DNA from: Candidatus Micrarchaeota archaeon
Lineage (GTDB): Archaea; Micrarchaeota; Micrarchaeia; Norongarragalinales; Norongarragalinaceae
Length of the DNA: 64,000 nt
Assembly (NCBI GenBank): GCA_016212375.1
Contig: JACRGH010000044.1
Location: 1,428 to 65,427, forward strand
Direction: 5' to 3'
Position 1 is the stretch's first letter, and every line of letters starts with the position of its first letter. A program made the translations under genes and the position numbers. Positions 40,037-50,100 of this stretch are shown piece after piece. The notes under the pieces were generated by a model. That model saw only the letters and a list, made by a program, of their open reading frames with translations, did not search any database and was not told the DNA's origin.

Positions 40037-40220
40037 CGATAACAAAACAATTCAAAAAAAAAAACGCAACCAATCGGAAAAAGCACTACCGAAAAGCGCA
40101 AGGAAAAAACAAAGTTTCAAACAAGAAAAAAACACAATCCAAAAAGAAACAAAAAAAAAGACGCTGAAAAAACGGAACTGCAACTACGATTCAAAATAAA
40201 ATAAACGGATTTGAACTCCC

Positions 40221-40610
40221 ATGGCAAACAAATCAAAATCACCCAAAAAAGAAGGAACCGCACAGCCTGCGATGGGCGTCCCGATGTTCGTCATCTTAGT
40301 CCGCGGCTTGCGCAACGTCCGCCAGGCCCAAAAGGACACGTTAAAGCAATGGGGACTTTCGCGCATCTTCCACGGCGCATTGGTCAAGAACAGCACCCAA
40401 TTGAAACAACAATTGCACACAGTCAACTCGTTGGTGGCTTTCGGCCAGGCAAATGATGAAACGGTCAAGAAGTTGCAGGCCAAAGGCAGCGTGCCCTACC
40501 GCCTGCATGCGCCCACGGGTGGATTCGGCACGGTCAAAAAACGGTATCCGGAAGGCGCCTACGGCAATTGGGGCGACAAAATCAACGAACTCGTCCAAAA
40601 AATGATGTGA
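40221..40610 (+). CDS. rpl30: 50S ribosomal protein L30
   Basis: RLHAPTGGF, GDKINELVQKM; operon order. Confidence 0.9.
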   Translation: MANKSKSPKKEGTAQPAMGVPMFVILVRGLRNVRQAQKDTLKQWGLSRIFHGALVKNSTQLKQQLHTVNSLVAFGQANDETVKKLQAKGSVPYRLHAPTGGFGTVKKRYPEGAYGNWGDKINELVQKMM

Positions 40611-40619
40611 TTTTTACTT

Positions 40620-41057
40620 ATGGCACGACGCATTACTTCACGCAAATTCAAACACCGCGGCAACCGCACCCACGGCGGCGGCAATACCAAGAACCGACGT
40701 GGCAAGGGTAACCGTGGCGGTGTGGGGCGTGCCGGATACCACAAGCACAACTGGTTGCGCACCATCAAAACCGAAGGAACCAACAAAAAAGATAAGGGCT
40801 TGACCGGTTTTTACAACCCGACGCGCAAGATTTACGCCACCATGGACCTCGAAGAGCTGACGCACGCCATCAATCGCGGCGTTGAAGCCGGCAAAATCCA
40901 GAAAAACGATGCCGGATTGCTGGTCGTGAGCCTGCCGAAAACCAAGATTCTCTCCGGTGGAACGCTGGGACACAAGGCGGCCATCAAGGCCTACGCCTTT
41001 TCGGCCAAAGCCAAGGAAAAACTGGAAAAGGCCGGTTGCACGACGGCGACGGAATAG
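40620..41057 (+). CDS. rpl15: 50S ribosomal protein L15
   Basis: RGNRTHGGG, GNRGGVGRAG, SAKAKEKLEKAG. Confidence 0.94.
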   Translation: MARRITSRKFKHRGNRTHGGGNTKNRRGKGNRGGVGRAGYHKHNWLRTIKTEGTNKKDKGLTGFYNPTRKIYATMDLEELTHAINRGVEAGKIQKNDAGLLVVSLPKTKILSGGTLGHKAAIKAYAFSAKAKEKLEKAGCTTATE

Positions 41058-41271
41058 TTTTTTTTTAATTTCCTTTCAACAGTCCGCAATCCGGACATTT
41101 TTCTTTTCAAAGGTGAGCCGAAGGCGCGTTGCAAAACAGACCGGACGCACGGGTAAAAAAAAGCAATACAATAACTAAAAAAATGGACAAAACCTAAAAT
41201 AGGATTTTTCCCTCTCAAACCCGACGCAAACCTTTTTATTAAAACCAGGCCTCAAACGTAGAGAATTGTTT

Positions 41272-42708
41272 ATGGGATTACTCGATATTTTCAGGCCCAT
41301 CACCCGGATTTTGCCGGAAGTGAAAAAACCGGACCGCGCACCCCCACTGCCCCAGCGGCTGATGTGGACGCTTGCGTGCCTGTTGATTTTCTTCATTTTG
41401 GGCCAGATTTTCCCCATCGGTTCGGACCCGTCCCAGATTGCCGCCACGTTCGAACGCCTGGACATCTTGCTGGGCTCATCCACCGGTTCCTTGATTACCG
41501 CGGGAATCGGCCCCATCGTACTGGCATCCATCTTCCTGCAGTTGGCCGTAGGCGCCAAACTCATCAACTTGGACATGGCCAATCCGGAAAACAAGAAATT
41601 CTTCCAAGGATTGCAAAAATTGCTCGCCATCGTGTTGAGCTTCTTTGAAGCGGCCATCTTTTCCTTCTCCGGCTACATCCCGTTGAGCCCGACGCACTTG
41701 TTCGGAAGCCTGTTCGCGACGCAACTGATTGTGATGTTCCAAATCGCGTTGGGCGCGTTGTTGCTGTTGTACCTTGACGAAGTGTGCCAAAAATACGGCA
41801 TCGGCTCGGGTATTTCATTATTCATCGCAGCAGGCGTTAGCAAAACAATATTTGTGGGCGCATTCAGCTTCGTGTCCTTGAGTGCATCGGGCGAGCCATC
41901 GGGACTGATTCCAAGATTCATCTGGAACCTGATTAATCCTGCAGGCTCCGTGACCACGTCGTTCTTCTCACTGGTACCCATCATTTTCACTATCGCGGTC
42001 TTTTTGGTGGTCGTTTTTGCCGAAGGCATGAAAATCGAACTGCCGCTGGCATATGGGAAAGCCCGCGGCTTGGGCGCGCGGTACCCAATCAAATTCTTAT
42101 ACGTGTCGAACATCCCGGTCATCTTGGCCTCGGCCGTCCTTTTGAACATCCAATTGCTCGGTGCGGTGATGGCCGTTCCGGTGGACGGACAGCCCGATAT
42201 CAAGATGGGCATTTTCGGCACGTTCCAGAACAACCGACCGGTAGACGGATTCGCGTATTATATCAACTCCCTGCCATCACCCATCTTGTTGGGCGGCTAT
42301 GAACAGTATCTCCAAATCATCACCCAGCCCAATGAAATATTGCACATATTCACGTACGGCATCGCGCTGATCATTCTCTGCATAATTTTCGGATGGTTCT
42401 GGATCGAAAGTACGGGAATGGGGGCGTCCGACGTCGCACGACAGCTGGAACGCTCCGGATTGCAGATTCCCGGATTCCGGCAGGACCCCCGCATCACCCA
42501 AGGCATCTTGGAGCGGTACATCCCCATCATCACCATATTGGGCAGTATCTTCGTGGGAATCCTTGCCTGGTTTGCCGACATCACCGGCGCCTTGGGTACC
42601 GGCACCGGCATCCTGCTGACCGTGGGTGTCATCTACCGCTTCTATGAAGAGCTGGCGCAACAGCAATTGTTTGAAATGTACCCCATGCTCAAATCGGTCG
42701 TGCAATAA
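41272..42708 (+). CDS. secY: Preprotein translocase subunit SecY
   Basis: GIGPIV, GIGSGISLFI, YVSNIPVIL, IPGFR, GTGILLTV. Confidence 0.96.
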   Translation: MGLLDIFRPITRILPEVKKPDRAPPLPQRLMWTLACLLIFFILGQIFPIGSDPSQIAATFERLDILLGSSTGSLITAGIGPIVLASIFLQLAVGAKLINLDMANPENKKFFQGLQKLLAIVLSFFEAAIFSFSGYIPLSPTHLFGSLFATQLIVMFQIALGALLLLYLDEVCQKYGIGSGISLFIAAGVSKTIFVGAFSFVSLSASGEPSGLIPRFIWNLINPAGSVTTSFFSLVPIIFTIAVFLVVVFAEGMKIELPLAYGKARGLGARYPIKFLYVSNIPVILASAVLLNIQLLGAVMAVPVDGQPDIKMGIFGTFQNNRPVDGFAYYINSLPSPILLGGYEQYLQIITQPNEILHIFTYGIALIILCIIFGWFWIESTGMGASDVARQLERSGLQIPGFRQDPRITQGILERYIPIITILGSIFVGILAWFADITGALGTGTGILLTVGVIYRFYEELAQQQLFEMYPMLKSVVQ

Positions 42709-42876
42709 GGCAAAGGACGCCGGAAAAAAAAATCCGTAAAACGAAAGGAAGAAAAAAACGCAATGCAATAACAAAAAAACAATTCAAAATCGATTAAAAA
42801 AGTGCACGCGAAAAAAAAACCGGTCAAAAAAACGGTGCGGGGGCATTTACGGTATTATCCAAACGTGCAATGGACC

Positions 42877-43410
42877 ATGGCGTACGAAATCATCCTGCTG
42901 ACCATATTGGCATTGGCCTATTCCGTACTTTCATTGGTACTACAATACACCTTAGGTAACCGCCGGCGGGTCCAACAAATCCAGAAAGACATGCAGGATC
43001 TTCAAAAAGAATTCCAAAAAGCCGCCCAATCAGGGGATGAAAAGGAAATCAAGCGGCTGGAAGAAAAACAAAAACACATGACGGGCCTGATGTTGGAGTC
43101 CATGAAGTACCAATTCAAGCCCATGCTAGTCATCCTGCCCTCGTTTCTTATTATGTTCGGCGGATTCGGCTTTGAAGGCATCCTATTCAGCCTGTTTCCC
43201 GGGTTCAATATCACGTTGCCCATCGCCTTGCACTTGGACGGAAGCGAGCTTTTAGGACTGAACGTCTTGCACAACAGCCACTATGGCGTGCGGGGCTTTT
43301 TCCTCGTCATCCTGTTTTTCAGCGGGATTTTGTTGCAACTGGCGGTCGTCCCGATAGCCGAAAAGCTTTTTTACGGCCCGAAACAAGAAAAAACCGTACA
43401 AACGCCTTAG
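42877..43410 (+). CDS. DUF106 / EMC3-TMCO1-like membrane protein (Oxa1 superfamily)
   Basis: TM, coiled coil, FKPML, further TMs; conserved position after secY. Confidence 0.82.
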   Translation: MAYEIILLTILALAYSVLSLVLQYTLGNRRRVQQIQKDMQDLQKEFQKAAQSGDEKEIKRLEEKQKHMTGLMLESMKYQFKPMLVILPSFLIMFGGFGFEGILFSLFPGFNITLPIALHLDGSELLGLNVLHNSHYGVRGFFLVILFFSGILLQLAVVPIAEKLFYGPKQEKTVQTP

Positions 43411-43565
43411 AAGTCGCCTTACAGAAAGATGCCAAAAACCCCAAACGCATGAAGGCAAAACAAAAGGCAAAACTTAAAAAAAGCAAACCCAATCCTAAAA
43501 AAAACTAAAACGCCCGCCCTTTTCATCCATTGAAAACCAAGGCCAAAAGTGTTGTGAACCCCCCT

Positions 43566-43892
43566 ATGAACCGCTCCCGTTACCGCATGAAAAAACGCTC
43601 GCGTCGCACCCCGTCGGGTCGAACGTCCCTGTTAATCCGCAACAAAAAGCCGAAAATCGCGCCGTGCGCCTTGTGCCGCACGCCCATGGGTGGCATTCCG
43701 CGCGCCACGCGCACCGAAATGCGCAAGCTTTCAGCCACGCAACGCCGGCCGCAACGCGCCTTTGGAGGCGTCTTGTGCGGCGCCTGCACGGCATCCGTCA
43801 TCAAGACGCGCACCCGCCTACAATCCGGCATCGCCGATGAGACCAAAGTGCCCTTGACGCTGATGAAGTACGTCAAGATGCTCAAGGCGTAA
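43566..43892 (+). CDS. rpl34e: 50S ribosomal protein L34e
   Basis: RTPSG, CALC, RPQRAFGGVLCGAC. Confidence 0.92.
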   Translation: MNRSRYRMKKRSRRTPSGRTSLLIRNKKPKIAPCALCRTPMGGIPRATRTEMRKLSATQRRPQRAFGGVLCGACTASVIKTRTRLQSGIADETKVPLTLMKYVKMLKA

Positions 43893-44067
43893 AATACGGG
43901 TTCAATAGGCGAAAAGTAAAAAAAACCAATCTTGAATTTTTTTAAAGCCGCGTCGGACCGATTTGCCGGCGCCGTTTCCATTTTTTCAAAGGCCAGCGTC
44001 ACGCTTCCAAAATTATCGAAAGCGATGAACAGACAACCCATTTAAACCCGTTTTCCTTTTATTTCCC

Positions 44068-44646
44068 ATGCGCATCGCCATTTCCTCATTATCCGGTTGC
44101 GGCAACACCACGGTCTCGCGTTTGGTGGCCGAAGGATTGAAACTGCACTTCATTAACTACACCTTCCGGAATCTCGCGGTCGACCTCAAAGTCCCATTTG
44201 AGAAAATACAAACCGAGTCCAAAACCACACCCAAATACGATTACGACGTGGACCGCCGGCAGGTCGCGCTGATTGAAAAAACCAAAAACTGCGTGGTCGG
44301 CTCGCGCCTGTCCGTCTGGCTGGATGACGACCGCATCAAGAACAAAATCGGCGTAAAATCCCCCGCCTTTGACTTAAAAGTTTGGATTTACGCCCCCTTG
44401 AACGAGCGGGCCAAACGCATTTCCAAGCGCGAGAAAAAAACATTTGCCCGCGTCTTGGAAGAGACGCTCTATCGGGATGAGGAAAACGAACAGCGCTACT
44501 TGTCATTGTATGGCATCAACGTGGCCCGCTTTGCCCGCGCCGTGGACTTAACGGTCAATACCGAACGCTTTTCTGCCGAACAGACGGCGGAACTGATTAT
44601 TGCGTGCGCCCAGAAAATCAAAACCAACACGAAGGCCAAAAAGTGA
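44068..44646 (+). CDS. cmk: Cytidylate kinase, archaeal type (atypical P-loop)
   Basis: IAISSLSGCGNTT, GSRL, ERAKRI..RE, RY..LYGI; conserved position. Confidence 0.82.
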   Translation: MRIAISSLSGCGNTTVSRLVAEGLKLHFINYTFRNLAVDLKVPFEKIQTESKTTPKYDYDVDRRQVALIEKTKNCVVGSRLSVWLDDDRIKNKIGVKSPAFDLKVWIYAPLNERAKRISKREKKTFARVLEETLYRDEENEQRYLSLYGINVARFARAVDLTVNTERFSAEQTAELIIACAQKIKTNTKAKK

Positions 44647-44652
44647 CGCACC

Positions 44653-45081
44653 GTGCATTTGCTTGAACACACGTTTAAAAAAGCCGGGTTCGTCCACGCT
44701 CAATTATCGCCAACTGGTTTTTTTGAAATGCTCCAGGGACGCGAATACAGCGAAATGAATCCCAATGAGAGGGAAAAAATTGCGCACCAATATGCGCGCG
44801 GAGAATTTGACCAAGTCCACGCGTACCGGTTGACGAAATGGGATCCTGCATTTGAAAAGGAAAATCGGGATCCGGTTCGGGCCGTCGTGAGTGCGATTGA
44901 GACATTCAAACAAAAGCAAAAAGAAAAACCGCGCCCCGCCATCGTCTATTCTATGCAAATACCCCAAAAAGCGCGTGCGGTTGAAGAAAAAGGAGTCACC
45001 TGGCAAGTTCTGGTTCTGACCCCGCAACCCACCATTGGCCAAAAAATCGCCAAAGTCGTATTCAAGCTATTCAATGGATGA
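44653..45081 (+). CDS. Hypothetical protein
   Basis: 142-aa ORF between cmk and rpl14e; no motif recognised. Confidence 0.55.
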   Translation: MHLLEHTFKKAGFVHAQLSPTGFFEMLQGREYSEMNPNEREKIAHQYARGEFDQVHAYRLTKWDPAFEKENRDPVRAVVSAIETFKQKQKEKPRPAIVYSMQIPQKARAVEEKGVTWQVLVLTPQPTIGQKIAKVVFKLFNG

Positions 45082-45190
45082 ATGACTCCAAAGACGCCAT
45101 AACAACAACCTTGAAAAACCCCTCCCGCCACCGTTTATGAAGTCGAGTCGATTCAATCCAAAAATCCAACACTTACAGGTGAGTTTCCAT

Positions 45191-45358
45191 ATGACAGCGT
45201 TTGACGTAGGACGTAAATGCATCCGCCTCCGCGGGCGCAAGGCAGGGCAGACCGTGACGGTCAGCAAGGTCATCGACAATCACTTCGTCGAAGTGACCGA
45301 CGCCTCTGGCAAAGCCAAGAAAGCCAACATGGCCCACTTGGAACCGTTGCCGGCTTAA
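45191..45358 (+). CDS. rpl14e: 50S ribosomal protein L14e (short, KOW only)
   Basis: GRKCIRLRGRKAG..V..VIDNHFVEV...N..HLEP. Confidence 0.88.
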   Translation: MTAFDVGRKCIRLRGRKAGQTVTVSKVIDNHFVEVTDASGKAKKANMAHLEPLPA

Positions 45359-45756
45359 ACAAGAGTAAGAAACTGGTTTGGCGAAACAATCGGGATTCCG
45401 GCCCACTCTTTCAAGACGAGCAAATGCTTTTTGTCCTGAGTGATTATATACGCGGCATTCGACTCCAAAGCGCATTCCAAGACACGATTGTCGGATGGGT
45501 CTGATCGGATTACGGACACAGTACGACCCGGCGTCACAAGAATGCAGGCGGACGCGATTTTTTCAACGGCTTGCGCTGAATCAACAGGATTGAAATGGAA
45601 ATCGCGTTGCAAAACATGCTCAAATTCATCCAGCAAATATTGCGAAGTAAAAATCCGATGGCCACCTCGGATTAAGAAATCCAAAACATCGAAGCTGGGA
45701 CCTTTCCAAAAAAAAGAGGAAACCCATACGTTGGTATCCAAAATAACGTCAGTCAT
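45355..45756 (-). CDS. PIN domain toxin (PIN_3-like)
   Basis: VILDTNVWVS, DPSDNRVLECA, IITQDKKHLL. Confidence 0.88.
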   Translation of the reverse strand: MTDVILDTNVWVSSFFWKGPSFDVLDFLIRGGHRIFTSQYLLDEFEHVLQRDFHFNPVDSAQAVEKIASACILVTPGRTVSVIRSDPSDNRVLECALESNAAYIITQDKKHLLVLKEWAGIPIVSPNQFLTLV

Positions 45757-46021
45757 AGAGAACGCCGCGGCCTTCGTGAATGAGTCTTACGACGTCTTTT
45801 TCACGTAGACCTCTGGCCTTGGCATGCGCACGAGCTTTTTTGCCTAATTCCCCAAATAGTTCCGATGCGGATGGAACGGTGATCCGTTTCAAAATAACCG
45901 TATCCCCATTTCCCGCCACAGCAAACCTGTCGCCGGCATGGATATGCATCGATTTCCGAATCCAATCCGGAATTACCACTTGCCCTTTCGCCGATATCGT
46001 CGTCATACTCACTTCACTCAT
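45749..46021 (-). CDS. AbrB/MazE/SpoVT family antitoxin
   Basis: ISAKGQVVIP..IR....GD. Confidence 0.88.
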   Translation of the reverse strand: MSEVSMTTISAKGQVVIPDWIRKSMHIHAGDRFAVAGNGDTVILKRITVPSASELFGELGKKARAHAKARGLREKDVVRLIHEGRGVLYD

Positions 46022-46137
46022 CCGCCTTCCCGTACAACTATTTTACTTTCTTACTTAAAATGCTTTGGCTGGACCGTATCGCTATAAAGATTGGAAAACA
46101 AAGAAATCCAAACACCAAAATACTCCGGGATGACCCA

Positions 46138-47073
46138 ATGATAAAACTACACGAGGAGGAATCCGTCTGGGGCAAACGCCTCGCCGAAAAGACCGTCGCC
46201 GACATCCTGCCTTACAGCATCGTGGTCATCGACAAACCCTGCGGACCCTCGTCGCACGAAGTATCCGCATATGTCAAGCGGATGCTAGGCGTTCCAAAAG
46301 CGGGACATTCCGGCACGTTGGACCCGGAAGTCTCAGGCGTCCTGCCCGTATTGCTGGGTGAGGCGACCAAAGCGGCGGGCCACTTGTTGAAGGATCGCAA
46401 GACGTACGTGGCGTTGATGAAATTGCGCGAGGCGCAGACCGATGCCCAGCTTGAAAAAGTTTTCGCCCGCTTCCGAGGCAAAATCTACCAAACGCCGCCG
46501 AAAAAAAGCGCGGTCAAGCGGGCTTTGCGCGTGCGGGAAATCCACACGCTGAAACTGTTGGAAAACGACGGCCATTTCGTATTGTTTGAATCCGACGTGG
46601 AGGCCGGCACCTACATTCGCAAGCTCTGTTACGACATGGGCGAAGTGCTTTTGTGCGGCGGACTCATGGCCGAGCTTCGAAGAACAGTGGCCGCCGGATT
46701 CGGGGAAAAAACGACCCACACCATGCAGGACCTCTCGGACGCCATCTGGTTGTGGAAGGAAAAGGGCGATGAAAAACCCCTCCGCGCCATGTTGATTCCG
46801 GTGGAAAACGCCATCCAACTCAAGAAAGTCGTCGTCTCGGATGGCGCCATCCAGCCCATCACCACCGGCGCGAACCTCGCCATTCCCGGAATCCTCGCTC
46901 TAGACGAAAAAATCAAAGCCGATGACGCGGTCCAAATCGTGTCCGGAAAAGGCGAACTGGTCTGTTTGGCCAAAGCCCTGCTCTCGACGGAAGACATCCA
47001 AAGCCGGGAAAAAGGGATTGCCTTTGACATCGAACGCGTCATCCGGCGCCACACGGCCTACGCGCCGGCTTGA
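46138..47073 (+). CDS. cbf5: tRNA/rRNA pseudouridine synthase Cbf5 (TruB family)
   Basis: DKPCGPSSH, GHSGTLDP, AGTYIR, ELRRT, C-terminal PUA domain. Confidence 0.95.
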   Translation: MIKLHEEESVWGKRLAEKTVADILPYSIVVIDKPCGPSSHEVSAYVKRMLGVPKAGHSGTLDPEVSGVLPVLLGEATKAAGHLLKDRKTYVALMKLREAQTDAQLEKVFARFRGKIYQTPPKKSAVKRALRVREIHTLKLLENDGHFVLFESDVEAGTYIRKLCYDMGEVLLCGGLMAELRRTVAAGFGEKTTHTMQDLSDAIWLWKEKGDEKPLRAMLIPVENAIQLKKVVVSDGAIQPITTGANLAIPGILALDEKIKADDAVQIVSGKGELVCLAKALLSTEDIQSREKGIAFDIERVIRRHTAYAPA

Positions 47074-47086
47074 AAGGCTTTTTATC
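47072..47086 (+). promoter_or_regulatory. BRE/TATA promoter for the giant hydrolase gene, leaderless
   Basis: GAAAGGC-TTTTTATC about 24 nt upstream of ATG 47110. Confidence 0.55.
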
Positions 47087-47109
47087 CACGCTTTCCCTCG
47101 GAATATACT

Positions 47110-50100
47110 ATGCCGAATCCGGAAATCAAAGGCCTACTTTTCGTGCTGGTTTTGTCGCTTCTTTTGGGCACGTCCGTTTCGGCGGCGGTCACAAACGGGG
47201 ATGAATCAGCCCAACCCCGATACACGTCGATCAGCGCGTTGGACACGACGACGCTGTATAATATGAACAAGTTTCCAACACGGGTCGACACTGTCAAGGA
47301 CTGCTCGCAGAACGCGGACCCGGAAACGAAACTATACTGCGCATTAATCCAAGCGGCGCCATCCCTATTCCAATCCTCCGTATTGGAAATAAACTTGGTC
47401 GTCAATTACGGCCCTAAAAGCCTACAAAGCATTTCCAAAAGCCCGAAAACATTGCATCCGCAAAAAGACACCTCAACCGCGACGCAATACGCGTTTGACT
47501 CCAGCGGCGACGGATATAACGCCATCTTTTTGGACCAAGGTACGCTGTACGTGAACGTCGCGGATTTGAGCACCGATACCGCGACGGCCATCATCAAGCA
47601 CCTGTACGACGAGAGTTACGCATTCAAACTGAACGCGGAGTGCATCATCCGGACGTCCACCAATGCGAAAGCCTTGGCGTTCAAGAACTGCCAGGTACTG
47701 GACGCGGCCAAGACGCCATTGGATAAATTGGACGTCAAGAAAATCGAATGCACGAAGCCCGCCAAAACAGGCATCATCGCCATAACGCAACCAATCAACG
47801 GGCAATGTCCCGCGACGGTGCCAAACTCAGGACAAACCGCCGCGTTGCAACCGGCTGGAAAAGGCACGCTGGATTCGGACCAAACGCCAAATTCCAATCC
47901 AGGCGAATGCAATGCCGCCGATTTTGACCCACCTATTAATGACCCGAAACCGAGGGCAGATGATTCACATGGAAATTATTGGTTTGGAGACCCGTCGAAT
48001 AACCAAGCCGGACATCACGAAGGCGTGGACATTATAGGCGAAGTTGGAAAAACAAAAATAATGGCAATAGGGCCGGGAATAGTCGAAAAATACGAAACAA
48101 CATTTTGCGGAAACGCAGTACTGATCAAACACGATTGCACGATTAACGGAAAAGTATTCCGGACCAAATATTGCCATCTTGACAAAACAAGCAAAAAACC
48201 GGCCGTAGGTTCGCAAGTGACCAAAGGCCAAACCCTTGGCTTGGTTGGAAAAACCGGCAACGCAGCAAATTCGGACGTCCCACACCTCCACATCGAATAC
48301 AACGCAGGAGGCACATTTACTCTGGGACAACCATCAAAAGGCGGGGATTTCGACCCGGTGGCTAAAGGGTTTATGCCCGCAACATTCAATAAGCCGTCTT
48401 CGGGCACACGGGTCGCCTCGCCACAAGGCATAACATTACTTGATTTCGCCGGATCCGAACAACTTCCCACAATCCAAGAATATATCCAAAACACATTCCC
48501 AAATGCGGGCGAGTTCAAGGCAGGCTCTCGCCATAATCCGAAAAGCACTAACTTCAACCCGGATCCGTGTTTGGCGACTAACCCAGACGATGACGCCAAT
48601 GGATTTTTCGGATATCGCAATCGCGGGACGGCGGCAAAACCCAACCCAGGTTGTGTCCACGCCGGAATCGATATTCGGGGAATCAAAGCCGGGATCGGTG
48701 GAAAACCGGTCAAAGCCATGCTTTCTGGAAAAATCTCAATAGTAAAGCCTCAATACCAAATTCAAACAGACTGCGCCATCATCGTGGACTCCGGGGATTG
48801 GGTCGTTTCATACGGGCACGTCCAACTGGATGAATATTGTGACACGAAACGAATAGGGGAACAAATATCCGCAGGACAGGAAATAGCAAAAATAGCGACC
48901 CAATTGTCTCCAAGTAACGGCAATGAATTGGACATTAAAATGCTTTACAAAGGAAACGTCCCTGAATTGAAAGCATTGACTATCCAACAGTTGAAATCGA
49001 ACACCAACCCTCCATATTCCAAGTATTTCAAACGTTATCCTGAAACAAAGACAATTTTTGCTGCCAAAGACTTCACCTTCGACGTGCCCAACTACGATGA
49101 CTACTTTTTATGGGAAGCGTACAGCACTTCATTAAAAGTTAAAAGTGCCGTGACGCCTTCAACGCCTACGCCAAGCAAAGGGACCCAAAAACCAACTCCA
49201 CCCAATACTCAAACCCCGACAACTGCCACGAATACCGACACCCCCGTTACCGACACCCTGTCCCAATTATGCGTCTATTACTACATCGATTCCACCGACG
49301 GCGCCAAGGACAAATTCTTCGACGTGGGCTTTGCCGCGTACGCCGGGGAAGGCGGTGCGTGCATCGTGGGAAGGGCGGGGGCCCAAAAACCCGGGATTAC
49401 GTATCCATCCGGATATACGGCATACGTCAACACCGCCCAATTGCCCGAATCCGAGTCGTACGAAGGCTGTTACTTGGCGAAAATGCCGCTGAACAAGCAC
49501 GGAGCAGATTACCCGACCGGCGCGGTCGTCAAGTTGTTCTTGAGCAAAAGCGCGGACGTATTCAAGGAAACGGGGCCGGCCATGTTGGACAAAGGCATCG
49601 TCCGCACCGAGGCGTCAGCGATGAAAATCGGCAATCCGGTTTGTGGCGTGCAAAAAACCACCAAAGGACCGGTAGTGGATAATGGGGAAGCGGGGAAGAA
49701 GTTCTTGGAATATGCGATGGAATTGAAGGGAATTCCTTACGCCCTTTGTGATACATGCATCCCAGATGGAGTCGCTTGCGCCACCATACCAATGTATGCA
49801 TACACGAAAATGATTGCGGCAGGCTATACGCTTCCGCAAGAATTTTACAACCTAGCAAAAAAAGAAAAGGTCCCATTCAAAGGTAAGGAGGTAAAAAACC
49901 CTGCAAATGCAGGCGTTTGGATGGACATCATCAATATTCCGGATATGACTCAACTACCGAAAAAAATCCAACTACCGTCAAATGCATACCCCAAGTCATT
50001 GCATAATTCTGACACGTGGGGAGGCGCAGCGGAAATTTTGGGTTGGGAAGTGTCTAAACAAAACGCAAAACCAGGCGACTTGGTAGTTTTCAACCGTCCC

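Noticed and set aside
28659-43274. Long minus-strand ORFs across the ribosomal operon
   Set aside because: Shadow frames caused by the codon bias of highly conserved genes
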